Virus record (IMG/VR): IMGVR_UViG_3300036804_000341
Coordinates: 1 to 32,107 of that record
Strand: one strand, 5' to 3'
DNA length: 32,107 bases
Source: a virus
Lineage: Duplodnaviria; Caudoviricetes
Position numbers and translations under genes: made by a program. This document shows positions 16,324 to 25,663 of this stretch, piece by piece. Numbering within the stretch: position 1 is the stretch's first letter; every line of letters begins with the position of its first letter. The notes below the pieces were generated by a model, which did not search any database, had not been told where the DNA came from, and saw only the letters and a program-made list of their open reading frames with translations.

Positions 16324-17073
16324 ATGACGAGTCCCGCACAGCGTCACATGATGCGGGTCTCGGCCTCTGAAACCGCGCAGCGGGAAAAAGCCCCGCTGCG
16401 CAATGCAAATGCTTACGAGCAGATGCTGGTAAAGCTGGCCGAAGACCGCCGCACGTTAAGTAACATTCGCTCAAATGAACGTAAGGCCGAGAAAAAGCGC
16501 GAGCTGCTGCCGTTCTATGCGCCGTGGGTCGCCGGGGTGCTGGCTGACGGGCGCGGTGCGCAGGATGCCATTGTCATGACCGTCATGCTCTGGCGTCTCG
16601 ATGCCGGTGACGTGGCTGGCGCGCTGGCGATTGCTCCTTATGCGCTGAAATATGGCCTCACCTCTGACCATCGTCGCACCACGCCTTACATGCTGGTCGA
16701 GGAGGTGGCGCTTGCCGCGCTGCGCCTGCGTGATGCCGGTGAGCCTGTCGACCTCGCATTGCTGCTGACCACTATCAACCTGACCGACGGTGCTGACGTT
16801 CCCGATATGGTGCGCGCCCGTCTGCATAAGGTGACCGGTCTGACCCTGCGCGATGCCGGTCAGGATGCCGACGCACTGGCGCAGTTTCAGCGCGCAATGC
16901 AGCTCGACCGCAATGCCGGTGTGCGCAAAGAAATTGAGCGACTGGAACGGGCATTAAAGCCGAAACCGGCACCCGCGCCCCGCAAGCCGACTAAACCACG
17001 TGCGCGCAAACCTGCTACCAAACCGGCAGCAAAGCGCGGACGTCCGCCAAAGGCGGTCAAAACCGCCGGTTAA
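16324..17073 (+). CDS. M: Terminase endonuclease subunit
   Basis: MTSPAQRHMMR, MLWRLDAGD, DVPDMVRARLHK, GVRKEIERLE. Confidence 0.94.
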   Translation: MTSPAQRHMMRVSASETAQREKAPLRNANAYEQMLVKLAEDRRTLSNIRSNERKAEKKRELLPFYAPWVAGVLADGRGAQDAIVMTVMLWRLDAGDVAGALAIAPYALKYGLTSDHRRTTPYMLVEEVALAALRLRDAGEPVDLALLLTTINLTDGADVPDMVRARLHKVTGLTLRDAGQDADALAQFQRAMQLDRNAGVRKEIERLERALKPKPAPAPRKPTKPRARKPATKPAAKRGRPPKAVKTAG

Positions 17074-17166
17074 CAGAACGCTCCCCGAGCCGGGCGGCAC
17101 GCTGGTCAAAGCAGGCTTAGAGCCTTACGGCGACCGGCGTCCACCGCCCAACCTGATGAGGTTGTC

Positions 17167-17673
17167 ATGACGACAGTGATACTGAATAAGCCCGATGAAT
17201 CGCAGGACGTACCGGGCGTGGTGATACCCGCACCGGAGACGGGCGACGCAGTGATTAAAAATACGTTCTTTTTCCCCGATGTGGATCCAAAGCGGGTGCG
17301 CGAACTGATGCGCCTTGAGCAGACGGTTTCCGATGCGCGCCTGCGCAATGCCATTAAAAGCGGCATGGCGGAAACCAATGCGGAACTTTACGACTACCGG
17401 CTGCGCCAGATAGCTGCAGGGTTTGAACAGCTTGCTGACGTGCCAACCGAGGCAATCGACGGCGAAAATCAGCGCATTTTCCACTATCTGAGTGCCGTGA
17501 CGGCAATGGCGACCGCCAGCCTGTATGAGCGCTATCGCGGCGTTGAGGCGACCGGCAAGGGTGACAAAAAAGCCGACAGCATCGAAACCACTATTGATGA
17601 CCTGTGGCGGGATATGCGCTGGTCAGTCTCGCGTCTGCAGGATAAGCCGCGCTGTATCGTGGGTCAGCTCTGA
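17167..17673 (+). CDS. L: Head completion protein
   Basis: IKNTFFFPDVD, LYERYRGVEAT, PRCIVGQL. Confidence 0.93.
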   Translation: MTTVILNKPDESQDVPGVVIPAPETGDAVIKNTFFFPDVDPKRVRELMRLEQTVSDARLRNAIKSGMAETNAELYDYRLRQIAAGFEQLADVPTEAIDGENQRIFHYLSAVTAMATASLYERYRGVEATGKGDKKADSIETTIDDLWRDMRWSVSRLQDKPRCIVGQL

Positions 17674-17876
17674 TGAAAGTCCGTGCGATGCAGGGCGACA
17701 CCCTCGACGCGCTGTGTGTTCGCTACTACGGGCGCACCGAGAGCGTGGTCGAGGCGGTGCTGCAGGCGAATCCAGGCCTGTCTGAATTGGGCGTCATTCT
17801 GCCGCACGGCACGGCGATTGACCTGCCCGACGTTGATACCTCACCCACGGCGGAGAGCCTGAACCTATGGGACTGA
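17673..17876 (+). CDS. X: Tail protein X
   Basis: QGDTLDALCVRYYGRT...ANPGL..LPHGT. Confidence 0.93.
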   Translation: MKVRAMQGDTLDALCVRYYGRTESVVEAVLQANPGLSELGVILPHGTAIDLPDVDTSPTAESLNLWD

Positions 17877-18088
17877 CGATGGAAAAAATCAGCACTTTTG
17901 TAACTTACTGGCTCGCGGTCATGCTGGCGTTTTTTGGGGCGCAGACGCCTGAAAAGCTCGCGCTAGGCGTCGGCAGTCTGTGCGCCATTTTTACGGCAGT
18001 AGTGAATTTCTGGTACCGACGCAAAACCTTTCGCTATCTGACCGATATGGGAATCGACAAAGGGGTGACCCGTGAGCTCAATCGTTAA
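17867..18088 (+). CDS. Holin (HP1 family); alternative start at 17879
   Basis: MEKISTF, hydrophobic segments, VNFWYRRK; precedes the lysozyme gene. Confidence 0.85.
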   Translation: MGLTMEKISTFVTYWLAVMLAFFGAQTPEKLALGVGSLCAIFTAVVNFWYRRKTFRYLTDMGIDKGVTRELNR

Positions 18089-18581
18089 ACGTTGCAGTGT
18101 GGCCGCAGTGCTGGCGCTGGCAGCGCTGATGCCTGACTTTCGTCTGCTACATACCTCGCCTGATGGTCTGGCACTGATTGCCGGCCTTGAGGGGTGCCTG
18201 TTGCGCCCCTACCAGTGCAGCGCGGGCGTGTGGACGTCAGGCATCGGCCACACTGCCGGGGTGACGCCGAAAGGCGATATTACCGAACGGCAGGCGGCGG
18301 CTAATCTGGTCGCCGACGTGCTGAATACCGAGCGTCGCCTCGCGGTCTGCGCCCCGGTCACTATGCCGCAGCCGGTTTATGACGCGCTGGTCAGCTTCTC
18401 TTTTAATGTCGGTACCGGTGCAGCCTGTCGCTCGACACTGGTCTCGTTCCTCAATCGCCAGCAGTGGTGGCAGGCATGCGACCAGCTTACCCGATGGGTG
18501 TACGTCAACGGTGCGCGCAATACCGGCCTTGAAAACCGCCGCCAGCGTGAGCGTGCTTATTGTCTGCAGGGGGTGAAATGA
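18072..18581 (+). CDS. SAR endolysin, GH24 lysozyme
   Basis: Weakly hydrophobic N-terminus; E40-8x-C49-5x-T55 triad; FSFNVGTGA; GLENRR. Confidence 0.92.
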   Translation: MSSIVKRCSVAAVLALAALMPDFRLLHTSPDGLALIAGLEGCLLRPYQCSAGVWTSGIGHTAGVTPKGDITERQAAANLVADVLNTERRLAVCAPVTMPQPVYDALVSFSFNVGTGAACRSTLVSFLNRQQWWQACDQLTRWVYVNGARNTGLENRRQRERAYCLQGVK

Positions 18582-19003
18582 AGATGGTCGCGGTGTTGTG
18601 TGCGGTGCTGCTAATGCTGGCCGTTGCTGGCCTGCTGTGGTTGCGCCATGAGAACGGCAATCTGTCTCGATCCTTTGAGGCGGCAAATCGTGTTGCAGGC
18701 GAGCAGAAAACAACAATCGGCATGCTGAAAAATCAGCTCAGTGTTACCGACCAGCTCGCCCGACGTAATGAATCGGCGCAAGTGGCGCTGCGCGAACAGC
18801 TCGCAAAGGCCAGTGCAGAAGCCAGCCGCCGTGAACAGACGATAACGAGGTTACTCAATGAAAATGAAGCCTTTCGCCGCTGGTATAACGCTCCTTTGCC
18901 TGATGTTGTGCGTCGGCTGCACACCCGCCCCGCCTGCGCCAGCGCCGGTGATTGTGGTCAGCGGATGCCCGAGGGTGAGCCTTTGCCCGATGCCGGGAAG
19001 TGA
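18578..19003 (+). CDS. lysB: Inner-membrane spanin LysB (Rz-like)
   Basis: N-terminal TM helix, coiled coil, RWYNAPLPDVVRRL; 141 aa. Confidence 0.9.
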   Translation: MKMVAVLCAVLLMLAVAGLLWLRHENGNLSRSFEAANRVAGEQKTTIGMLKNQLSVTDQLARRNESAQVALREQLAKASAEASRREQTITRLLNENEAFRRWYNAPLPDVVRRLHTRPACASAGDCGQRMPEGEPLPDAGK

Positions 19004-19148
19004 CCCGAAAACCAATGGTGACCTGAGCGTGGATATACGCCGCCTTGAGGGGGCGCTGACTGCTTGCGCGCTGCAGGTTGAAACCGTCAAACACTGTCAG
19101 GATGAACTCGATGCAGAAGCACAAAAGCCTGCGCAAAGCGCTGATTAG
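18858..19148 (+). CDS. lysC: Outer-membrane spanin lipoprotein LysC (Rz1-like)
   Basis: Signal with CVGC lipobox, proline-rich, CPRVSLC...TNGDL; overlaps lysB and R. Confidence 0.88.
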   Translation: MKMKPFAAGITLLCLMLCVGCTPAPPAPAPVIVVSGCPRVSLCPMPGSDPKTNGDLSVDIRRLEGALTACALQVETVKHCQDELDAEAQKPAQSAD

Positions 19149-19578
19149 CGCCGTACCTCAGCTAAAAACAAACCCCGATATGCTGCACCTTTTCGCAGAT
19201 AACGGGCATATCGACTCCCGGCTCGCGGCGTCACTGTCATTTGAAAAAATCTACCTGCTCAATGTGGTGGTGACCGATTTTGTCGGCGACCTCGACCTGA
19301 TTTTCGTGCCGGTGCAGGCGTGGCTGCGCGAGCATCAGCCAGATATCACCACCACCGACGACGGGCGCGAGAAGGGTTTCACCTGGCAGATTGACATCAA
19401 TAACGATGATTCACTCGATATCAGTATCAGCCTGAGACTCACCGAGCGCACGCTCGTCAAAGAGGTCGACGGCGCGCTGCATGTCAGCTATGCCCCGGAA
19501 CCGCCTCCGCCAGTGCCGGTGACGCGCCCGGTTGAGCTTTACGTTAACGGCGAGCTGGTGAGTCAGTGGGATGAGTGA
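19111..19578 (+). CDS. R: Tail completion protein R
   Basis: SLRKAL..AVP.L..NPD, WLREHQPD, LRLTER; 155 aa. Confidence 0.92.
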   Translation: MQKHKSLRKALISAVPQLKTNPDMLHLFADNGHIDSRLAASLSFEKIYLLNVVVTDFVGDLDLIFVPVQAWLREHQPDITTTDDGREKGFTWQIDINNDDSLDISISLRLTERTLVKEVDGALHVSYAPEPPPPVPVTRPVELYVNGELVSQWDE

Positions 19579-20020
19579 GTTAACCGCACTGCAGGAGCGC
19601 CTCGCCGGTCTGATTGCCAGCCTGTCACCGGCGGCGCGTCGGCAAATGGCAGCAGACATTGCAAAAAAGCTGCGTACCAGTCAGCAAAAGCGCATTAAGC
19701 GCCAGCAGGCACCGGATGGCAAGCCGTATGCCGCCCGAAAGCGTCAGCCTGTGCGAAGCAAGAAGGGCCGCATTAAGCGCGAAATGTTCGCCAAACTGCG
19801 CACCAATCGCTTTATGAAAGCCAAAGGCGGCGACAGTGCGGCGGTGGTGGAATTTACCGGCAAGGTGCAGCGCATGACGCGGGTGCATCAGTTCGGCCTT
19901 AAAGACCGACCAAACCGCAACAGCCGGGATGTGCAGTACGAGGCGCGTCAGTTGCTCGGTTTCACACGTGACGATGAGCAGATGGTTGAACAGTTAATTA
20001 TTTGCTGGTTGAGTGAATAA
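19571..20020 (+). CDS. S: Tail completion / virion morphogenesis protein S
   Basis: RIKRQQAPDGKPY, MFAKLRT, RVHQFGL, RQLLG. Confidence 0.93.
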   Translation: MSELTALQERLAGLIASLSPAARRQMAADIAKKLRTSQQKRIKRQQAPDGKPYAARKRQPVRSKKGRIKREMFAKLRTNRFMKAKGGDSAAVVEFTGKVQRMTRVHQFGLKDRPNRNSRDVQYEARQLLGFTRDDEQMVEQLIICWLSE

Positions 20021-20025
20021 TCACA

Positions 20026-21111
20026 TTAACTTGCCTTGGATAAAGCAGATTGACACTGTTCTAATTGTTCTTGGATAATAATTTGGCGTGCTAATAAGTT
20101 CATGCCTTTAATAATGGCAATTCTTTTAGTATTCATGGCATCCACTTCATTTATGCCGCTGGGCTTAAATTCGGGGGTTGTTAAATTATCTAGGTTTGAA
20201 TCTAATGCCATAGTTGGTAGCATTGATTTTATTTTGTTGCCAATGTCTTTATTTATGTCATTTAACTCTTTTGGGTTGGAGTAAATGCATGCGGCACGAT
20301 GGCGAGTACATATATCATCTATCTTTATGCATTTCCAATTCGAGGTTTCTCTTGTCCCTGTAAATCCATTGGTTAAGTCTCCTGAGATGTTGATTGTGAC
20401 AACTCGATGGCATTCATCATCGCCTTCTATTCGCTCTATTTTTAATGGCATTTTTTCGAGTTCAACTCTTGCGTTAAGTAAGTCTTCTTGTGATTTTTTT
20501 ACTATAGATGTAATGCTATATGGGTTTTTTAGATCCAGCCAGTTATCATATGCTCGTTTAAACACCTCTTTAACCTTGTTTAATCTAATGCGACTAACAC
20601 CAATCGTCTGATTGAGCGCTAACACCATAGAGACACCAGTTCCATATGCAATATAAGCAGGGAGATCATACCGACCTAGTTCTAAAGCAGTTTGAGAAAC
20701 CATGTTTTCGAGGTTAATGTAATCATTCTTGTTTGCAGAATTTAACTTTTCAGATGTTATTATTTCATACCTATCCTTTAGAGCACTCATTTTTATTATC
20801 GAGTTATCTCTAATGGCTTTAAATATTGACTCGTCTATGTATATTTTTAGGCTTTGAATCTCATTGAATATATCTGCTTGATTTTTAATTATAGCGTCAA
20901 GTTTAGTGTTTATTTCTTTTAGTAGCTCTTCCTTTCTCTTATCAGACAAAATGCCAGAAATTCCGCTTATAATGCTAACGATTGCTGCTCCCGCAGCAAG
21001 GACAGTTAGCGTTACAGGTTCGGCGCGGACTTTAAATGAAAGTGTAGGGAATGCCGATGCTGCAGCGAAGCCAATGATTAGTTGCCGCCTTGATAAGGAT
21101 AATAAACTCAT
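20026..21111 (-). CDS. Hypothetical protein with twin-arginine (Tat) signal peptide, moron between S and V
   Basis: SRRQLII, h-region and VRA/EP cleavage site; second hydrophobic helix and coiled coil; AT-rich; GAGG RBS; opposite strand to the late genes. Confidence 0.82.
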   Translation of the reverse strand: MSLLSLSRRQLIIGFAAASAFPTLSFKVRAEPVTLTVLAAGAAIVSIISGISGILSDKRKEELLKEINTKLDAIIKNQADIFNEIQSLKIYIDESIFKAIRDNSIIKMSALKDRYEIITSEKLNSANKNDYINLENMVSQTALELGRYDLPAYIAYGTGVSMVLALNQTIGVSRIRLNKVKEVFKRAYDNWLDLKNPYSITSIVKKSQEDLLNARVELEKMPLKIERIEGDDECHRVVTINISGDLTNGFTGTRETSNWKCIKIDDICTRHRAACIYSNPKELNDINKDIGNKIKSMLPTMALDSNLDNLTTPEFKPSGINEVDAMNTKRIAIIKGMNLLARQIIIQEQLEQCQSALSKAS

Positions 21112-21437
21112 ACTAACCTCTTAGATTTTCTGTGTGGAGTATAAAAAGTCAATTGTTTATATCTTCATGTTTTTTTAAGTATGCTTTTGGCTTTTTTTTG
21201 CATGCAGTTGTGAGTTTGTCAAAACTAACTTAATAATTAGAGTAGGTGAGGGTGTTGTAAATATCAAAGTGCAACATGGGGATTTTTTTATGAATCTCCA
21301 ATCATCCTCGTAGATGCAAAACGATGTAATAATTTTTCTCTCTCATTCTGCGCCTTAATGTAAGATTGATTGTTTATAATTCAAAGTGATAGCGTTCCCT
21401 CTTTAAATCAGCTCGACACCCATTTCGTTTATATGAC

Positions 21438-21455
21438 TGTGTGATGCATAGCAGA
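21438..21455 (+). promoter_or_regulatory. Ogr/B site of late promoter pV
   Basis: TGT-N12-AGA upstream of V. Confidence 0.4.
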
Positions 21456-21502
21456 GTATGCGCACATTGAACAGAAATGCTCGGATGAGCATTCTAAACG
21501 CT

Positions 21503-22138
21503 ATGAATACTTTAAATACTATCCAAGAACTGGCTCGCGCCATTCGCAACCTCATCCGTTCAGGCGTGGTGACGGAAGTTGATGCGGTGCAGGGGCTTTG
21601 CCGCGTACAAAGCGGAGGGATCCAGACTACATGGCTGAACTGGCTAACCACTCGCGCCGGTCGTTCGCGGACGTGGTGGGCTCCCTCGGAAGGTGAGCAG
21701 GTGCTGCTGCTGGCGATTGGTGGCGAGCTCGATACCGCTTTCGTACTGCCGGGCATTTTCTCCGACGATAACCCCGCACCGTCTGCCTCGGCGGATGCAT
21801 GGCATGTGGCTTTTCCTGATGGTGCAGTCATTGAATACGAACCCGAGACCAGTGCGCTGACGGTCAGCGGCATCAAAACCGCCGACGTAACGGCATCGGA
21901 ATCGATCACGGCGACCGTGCCGCTGGTACTGGTGAAAGCCTCGACCCGTATCACCCTCGACACCCCGGAGGTCGTCTGCACCAACAAACTGATAACGGCG
22001 ACGCTTGAGGTGCAGAAAGGCGGGAAGATGAGCGGAAACATTGAGCACAGCGGCGGGTCACTGTCATCAAATGGCAAGGTGCTTCACCTGCATCAGCACC
22101 CCGGCGACAGTGGCGGGAAAACAGGAGCACCGTTATGA
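21503..22138 (+). CDS. V: Baseplate spike protein V
   Basis: NLIRSGVV, RAGRSRTWWAPSEGEQV, HLHQHPGDSGG; 211 aa. Confidence 0.95.
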   Translation: MNTLNTIQELARAIRNLIRSGVVTEVDAVQGLCRVQSGGIQTTWLNWLTTRAGRSRTWWAPSEGEQVLLLAIGGELDTAFVLPGIFSDDNPAPSASADAWHVAFPDGAVIEYEPETSALTVSGIKTADVTASESITATVPLVLVKASTRITLDTPEVVCTNKLITATLEVQKGGKMSGNIEHSGGSLSSNGKVLHLHQHPGDSGGKTGAPL

Positions 22139-22482
22139 CCGTTCGCTATCAGGGGATGAACTGCAATACCGGGCAGAGCATTAGCGACATTGAGCACATC
22201 AGTCAGAGCATGCGCGACATTCTTCTGACGCCGTTCGGCTCGCGGGTGATGCGTCGCACCTATGGCTCGCTTCTGTCTGCGCTGATTGATATGCCGCAAA
22301 ACCCCGCGCTCAGGCTGCAAATCATGGTGGCGTGTTATAGCGCGCTGCAAACGTGGGAGCCTCGCATCAGGCTTACATCCATCAGCTTTGAGACCGGCGA
22401 CGCTGGTGAAATGGTTGTCGATATTACCGGGGGGCGCACTGATACCGGTGAGCCTGTTTCTGTCACTGTTTCACTGAGTTAA
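22135..22482 (+). CDS. W: Baseplate wedge protein W (gp25-like)
   Basis: HISQSMRDILLTP.GSRVMRR.YGS, WEPRIRL. Confidence 0.94.
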   Translation: MTVRYQGMNCNTGQSISDIEHISQSMRDILLTPFGSRVMRRTYGSLLSALIDMPQNPALRLQIMVACYSALQTWEPRIRLTSISFETGDAGEMVVDITGGRTDTGEPVSVTVSLS

Positions 22483-22488
22483 ATCACT

Positions 22489-23397
22489 ATGGCAACTGTT
22501 GACCTGAGTCAGTTACCCGTTCCCGATGTGGTGGAGGAACTCGACTATGAAACGATTCTTGCAGAGCGCATTGCGACGCTGATTTCACTTTATCCCGAAG
22601 ACCAGCAGGAGGCCGTCGCCCGCGCGCTTGCGCTGGAATCGGATCCGATTGTGAAGCTACTGCAGGAAAACGCGTACCGGGAAGTTATCTGGCGTCAGCG
22701 TGTGAACGAAGCCGCGCAGGCGGTGACGCTCGCCTATTCTGGCGGTAATGACCTCGACGTCGTGGCCGGGAACAACAATACCGAGCGCCTGACCATCACC
22801 CCGGAAGATGACACCACCATTCCGCCGACGCCTGCCGTGATGGAGTCTGATGCTGACCTGCGACTACGCTCGCAACAGGCATTTGAAGGGCTGAGCGTGG
22901 CGGGGCCGGTCGGGGCGTATGAATATCACGGTCGCAGCGCCGACGGGCGTGTCGCCGACGTCTCGGTCGAAAGCCCGACGCCAGCCTGCGTGACCATTTC
23001 CGTGTTATCCCGCGAGGACGACGGCACCGCCAGTGCTGATTTACTGGCAATCGTTGAAAAAGCGCTGAATGCCGAAGACGTGCGTCCGGTAGGTGACCGG
23101 GTGACCGTCCAGACCGCAGAAATTGTGCCGTACCAGATTGACGCGACACTCTACGTTTACCCCGGCCCCGAATCCGAGCCCATCAGGCAGGCGTCAGAGC
23201 AAAAGCTGCAGAGCTACATCAGTGCGCAGCATCGCCTCGGGCGTGATATTCGCCTGTCTGCTATTTATGCCGCGCTGCATGTGGAAGGGGTGCAGCGTGT
23301 CGAACTGGCAGCACCGCAGGCCGACATTGTGCTGAGTAAATCGCAGGCGTCGAACTGCACCGAATACCAGATAACTATCGGGGGTTCGGATGAGTGA
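22489..23397 (+). CDS. J: Baseplate protein J
   Basis: DLSQLPVPDVVE.LDYE, FEGLSVAGPVGAYEYH; 302 aa. Confidence 0.96.
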   Translation: MATVDLSQLPVPDVVEELDYETILAERIATLISLYPEDQQEAVARALALESDPIVKLLQENAYREVIWRQRVNEAAQAVTLAYSGGNDLDVVAGNNNTERLTITPEDDTTIPPTPAVMESDADLRLRSQQAFEGLSVAGPVGAYEYHGRSADGRVADVSVESPTPACVTISVLSREDDGTASADLLAIVEKALNAEDVRPVGDRVTVQTAEIVPYQIDATLYVYPGPESEPIRQASEQKLQSYISAQHRLGRDIRLSAIYAALHVEGVQRVELAAPQADIVLSKSQASNCTEYQITIGGSDE

Positions 23398-23998
23398 CCG
23401 GCTGTTACCCGTTGGCTCATCACCGCTGGAAGTTGCCGCCGCTGCCGCTCTCGCTGAGATTGAGCGCGTGCCGGTGCCGCTGCGCACCTTGTGGAACTGG
23501 CGAACCTGCCCGGTAAATCTGCTGCCGTATCTGGCGTGGGCGCTGTCGGTCGACCGCTGGGATGAGAACTGGCCCGAAGCAACAAAACGCAGTGTCTGCG
23601 CGTCCTCGTTTTTCGTCCATCAGCACAAAGGCACCATCAGCGCCTTGCGTCGGGTGGTTGAGCCGCTCGGCTTTCTGATTGAGGTGCGTGAGTGGTGGCA
23701 GCTCAACGAGGAGCCAGGCACATTCCGCCTCGTTGTCGGCGTGCTCGACAGTGGCATCACGGACGAAATGTATCAGGAGCTTGAACGCCTGATTGACGAT
23801 GCCAAACCGGCAAGCCGCCACCTGACGGGGCTGGCTATCAGCCTGAGTGCGACCGGCGAGTTTTATGTCGGTTCGGCCTGCTACCACGGTGACGCGCTGA
23901 CCGTCTACCCCTACACCCCCGAGGAAATTGTCGTCGGGGGTGAATATTACCCGGCCTCGGCCATTCATTTGATTGATAACCTGAGAGTGAACGCATGA
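23390..23998 (+). CDS. I: Tail/baseplate protein I
   Basis: LWNWRTCPVNLLPYLAWALSVDRWD, HKGTISA, AKPASRHL. Confidence 0.95.
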   Translation: MSDRLLPVGSSPLEVAAAAALAEIERVPVPLRTLWNWRTCPVNLLPYLAWALSVDRWDENWPEATKRSVCASSFFVHQHKGTISALRRVVEPLGFLIEVREWWQLNEEPGTFRLVVGVLDSGITDEMYQELERLIDDAKPASRHLTGLAISLSATGEFYVGSACYHGDALTVYPYTPEEIVVGGEYYPASAIHLIDNLRVNA

Positions 23999-25008
23999 CG
24001 AAATTTTATGCCATTCTGACCAATCAGGGCGCGGCAAGGCTGGCAAATGCGGCTGCGCTCGGCACTAAGCTCAACCTGACGCAAATGGCGGTCGGTGATG
24101 CGAATGGTGTGCTGCCTACCCCTGACCCGGCGCAGACGAAGCTCATTAACCAGAAGCGTATCGCACCGCTGAACATGCTGAGCGTTGACCCGGCCAACAC
24201 CAGTCAGATTATTGCGGAACAGATTATTCCCGAGAATGAGGGCGGTTTCTGGATCCGCGAAATCGGTCTCTACGACGACGACGGCATTCTGATTGCCGTG
24301 GCGAACTGCCCGGAAACCTACAAACCGCAACTGCAGGAGGGAAGCGGGCGCACTCAGACTATTCGCATGATTTTAATTGTGTCGAGTACAGCAGCTATCA
24401 CCCTGAAAATTGACCCGTCAGTCGTGCTGGCAACGCGTCAGTATGTCGATGACAAGGTTATCGAGGTGAAAGCCTATGCCGATAGTTTGCTGGCCGTACA
24501 CCTTGCCGCTGCAGACCCGCACCCGCAGTACCTCAAAGCGGCAGATATTGATAAATACGTCCCGGTCGGCTTTCCGCTGCCGTGGCCGCAGGCAGCGCCG
24601 CCCGATGGCTGGCTGAAATGCAACGGTGCGGCTTTCGATAAGGCGAAATATCCAAAGCTGGCCGTCGCTTATCCGTCCGGAAACTTGCCTGATTTGCGCG
24701 GGGAGTTTCTGCGTGGGTGGGATGACGGGCGCGGTGTGGATTCCGGGCGTAGCCTGCTGTCGGCTCAGTCGGATGCTATTCAGAATATCGTCGGTACGCT
24801 CGGACGAACGCAGCTTTTCAAAGATACCGTTTATTCTGGCCCATTCCGTCAGGAGGGAATGATTTTATCTACAGGGCTGGCACCATCCGAGGGGAATACT
24901 GGGTATGGTGCACCTAACTGGTCATTTGATGCCTCTCGCGCGGTTCGAACGGCGGCTGAAACCCGTGTGCGCAACATTGCATTTAACTACGTCGTGAGGG
25001 CGGCATAA
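23995..25008 (+). CDS. H: Short tail fibre protein H with collar domain
   Basis: Conserved N-terminus (GGFWIREIGL, IDPSVVLATR), collar PVGFPLPWP...LPDLRGEFLRGWD, C-terminal ETRVRNIAFNYVVRAA. Confidence 0.92.
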   Translation: MTKFYAILTNQGAARLANAAALGTKLNLTQMAVGDANGVLPTPDPAQTKLINQKRIAPLNMLSVDPANTSQIIAEQIIPENEGGFWIREIGLYDDDGILIAVANCPETYKPQLQEGSGRTQTIRMILIVSSTAAITLKIDPSVVLATRQYVDDKVIEVKAYADSLLAVHLAAADPHPQYLKAADIDKYVPVGFPLPWPQAAPPDGWLKCNGAAFDKAKYPKLAVAYPSGNLPDLRGEFLRGWDDGRGVDSGRSLLSAQSDAIQNIVGTLGRTQLFKDTVYSGPFRQEGMILSTGLAPSEGNTGYGAPNWSFDASRAVRTAAETRVRNIAFNYVVRAA

Positions 25009-25604
25009 TGGCGAAAGCAACACTGAATAAAAACGGCATTGCGACAAAAGCCGGTGATATGACGGTTTATAACTTTGACGGTGAAAACCGAGAATTTATT
25101 TCCTCAACAGTGGAGTTTATCTCCGTTGGTGTCGGCCTCCCTGCCAGCGCCTGCATTGACGCGCCACTCGATACGAAAGACGGTTTTGCCGTGTGTCGTA
25201 CTGCCGGTCTTGATGGGTGGGAATACATCGAAGACCATCGGGGCGAAACGGTCTATGACACCGAAACCGGTCAGATTGTCGCCATTAGCGCGCCGGGCGA
25301 ATATGCTGACACTGTAACCACGATTGCCCCATCCACACCTTATGACCGCTGGAACGGCGATGAATGGGTGACAGATAAGAGCGAGCAGCAGCAAGGCCAG
25401 ATTCAGGAGGCAGACCAGAAAAAAGCCGCATTGCTGAGCGAGGCTAAAAATACCATCAGCCTGTGGCAGACCGAACTGCAGCTCGGCATCATCAGCGATG
25501 AGGATAAAGCCAGCCTGATAGCATGGATGCAATACATTCAGGCACTGAAAGCGGTCGATACCTCAGTGGCTCCTGATATCAAGTGGCCGGTTAAACCGGA
25601 GTAA
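25008..25604 (+). CDS. G: Tail fibre assembly chaperone (Tfa/G)
   Basis: EDHRGETVY, WNGDEWVTD, W..YIQAL.AVDTS.APDIKWP. Confidence 0.9.
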   Translation: MAKATLNKNGIATKAGDMTVYNFDGENREFISSTVEFISVGVGLPASACIDAPLDTKDGFAVCRTAGLDGWEYIEDHRGETVYDTETGQIVAISAPGEYADTVTTIAPSTPYDRWNGDEWVTDKSEQQQGQIQEADQKKAALLSEAKNTISLWQTELQLGIISDEDKASLIAWMQYIQALKAVDTSVAPDIKWPVKPE

Positions 25605-25609
25605 TGCAC

Positions 25610-25633
25610 GGCGGGCTGATGCCCGTCTTTTTT
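25610..25633 (+). terminator. Terminator of the V operon
   Basis: GGCGGGC-tgat-GCCCGTC then TTTTTT. Confidence 0.85.
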
Positions 25634-25645
25634 ATGATTTGTTTA

Positions 25646-25663
25646 TGTGCCATTCGCTACCCA
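25646..25663 (+). promoter_or_regulatory. Ogr/B site of late promoter pF
   Basis: TGT-N12-CCA upstream of FI. Confidence 0.5.
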
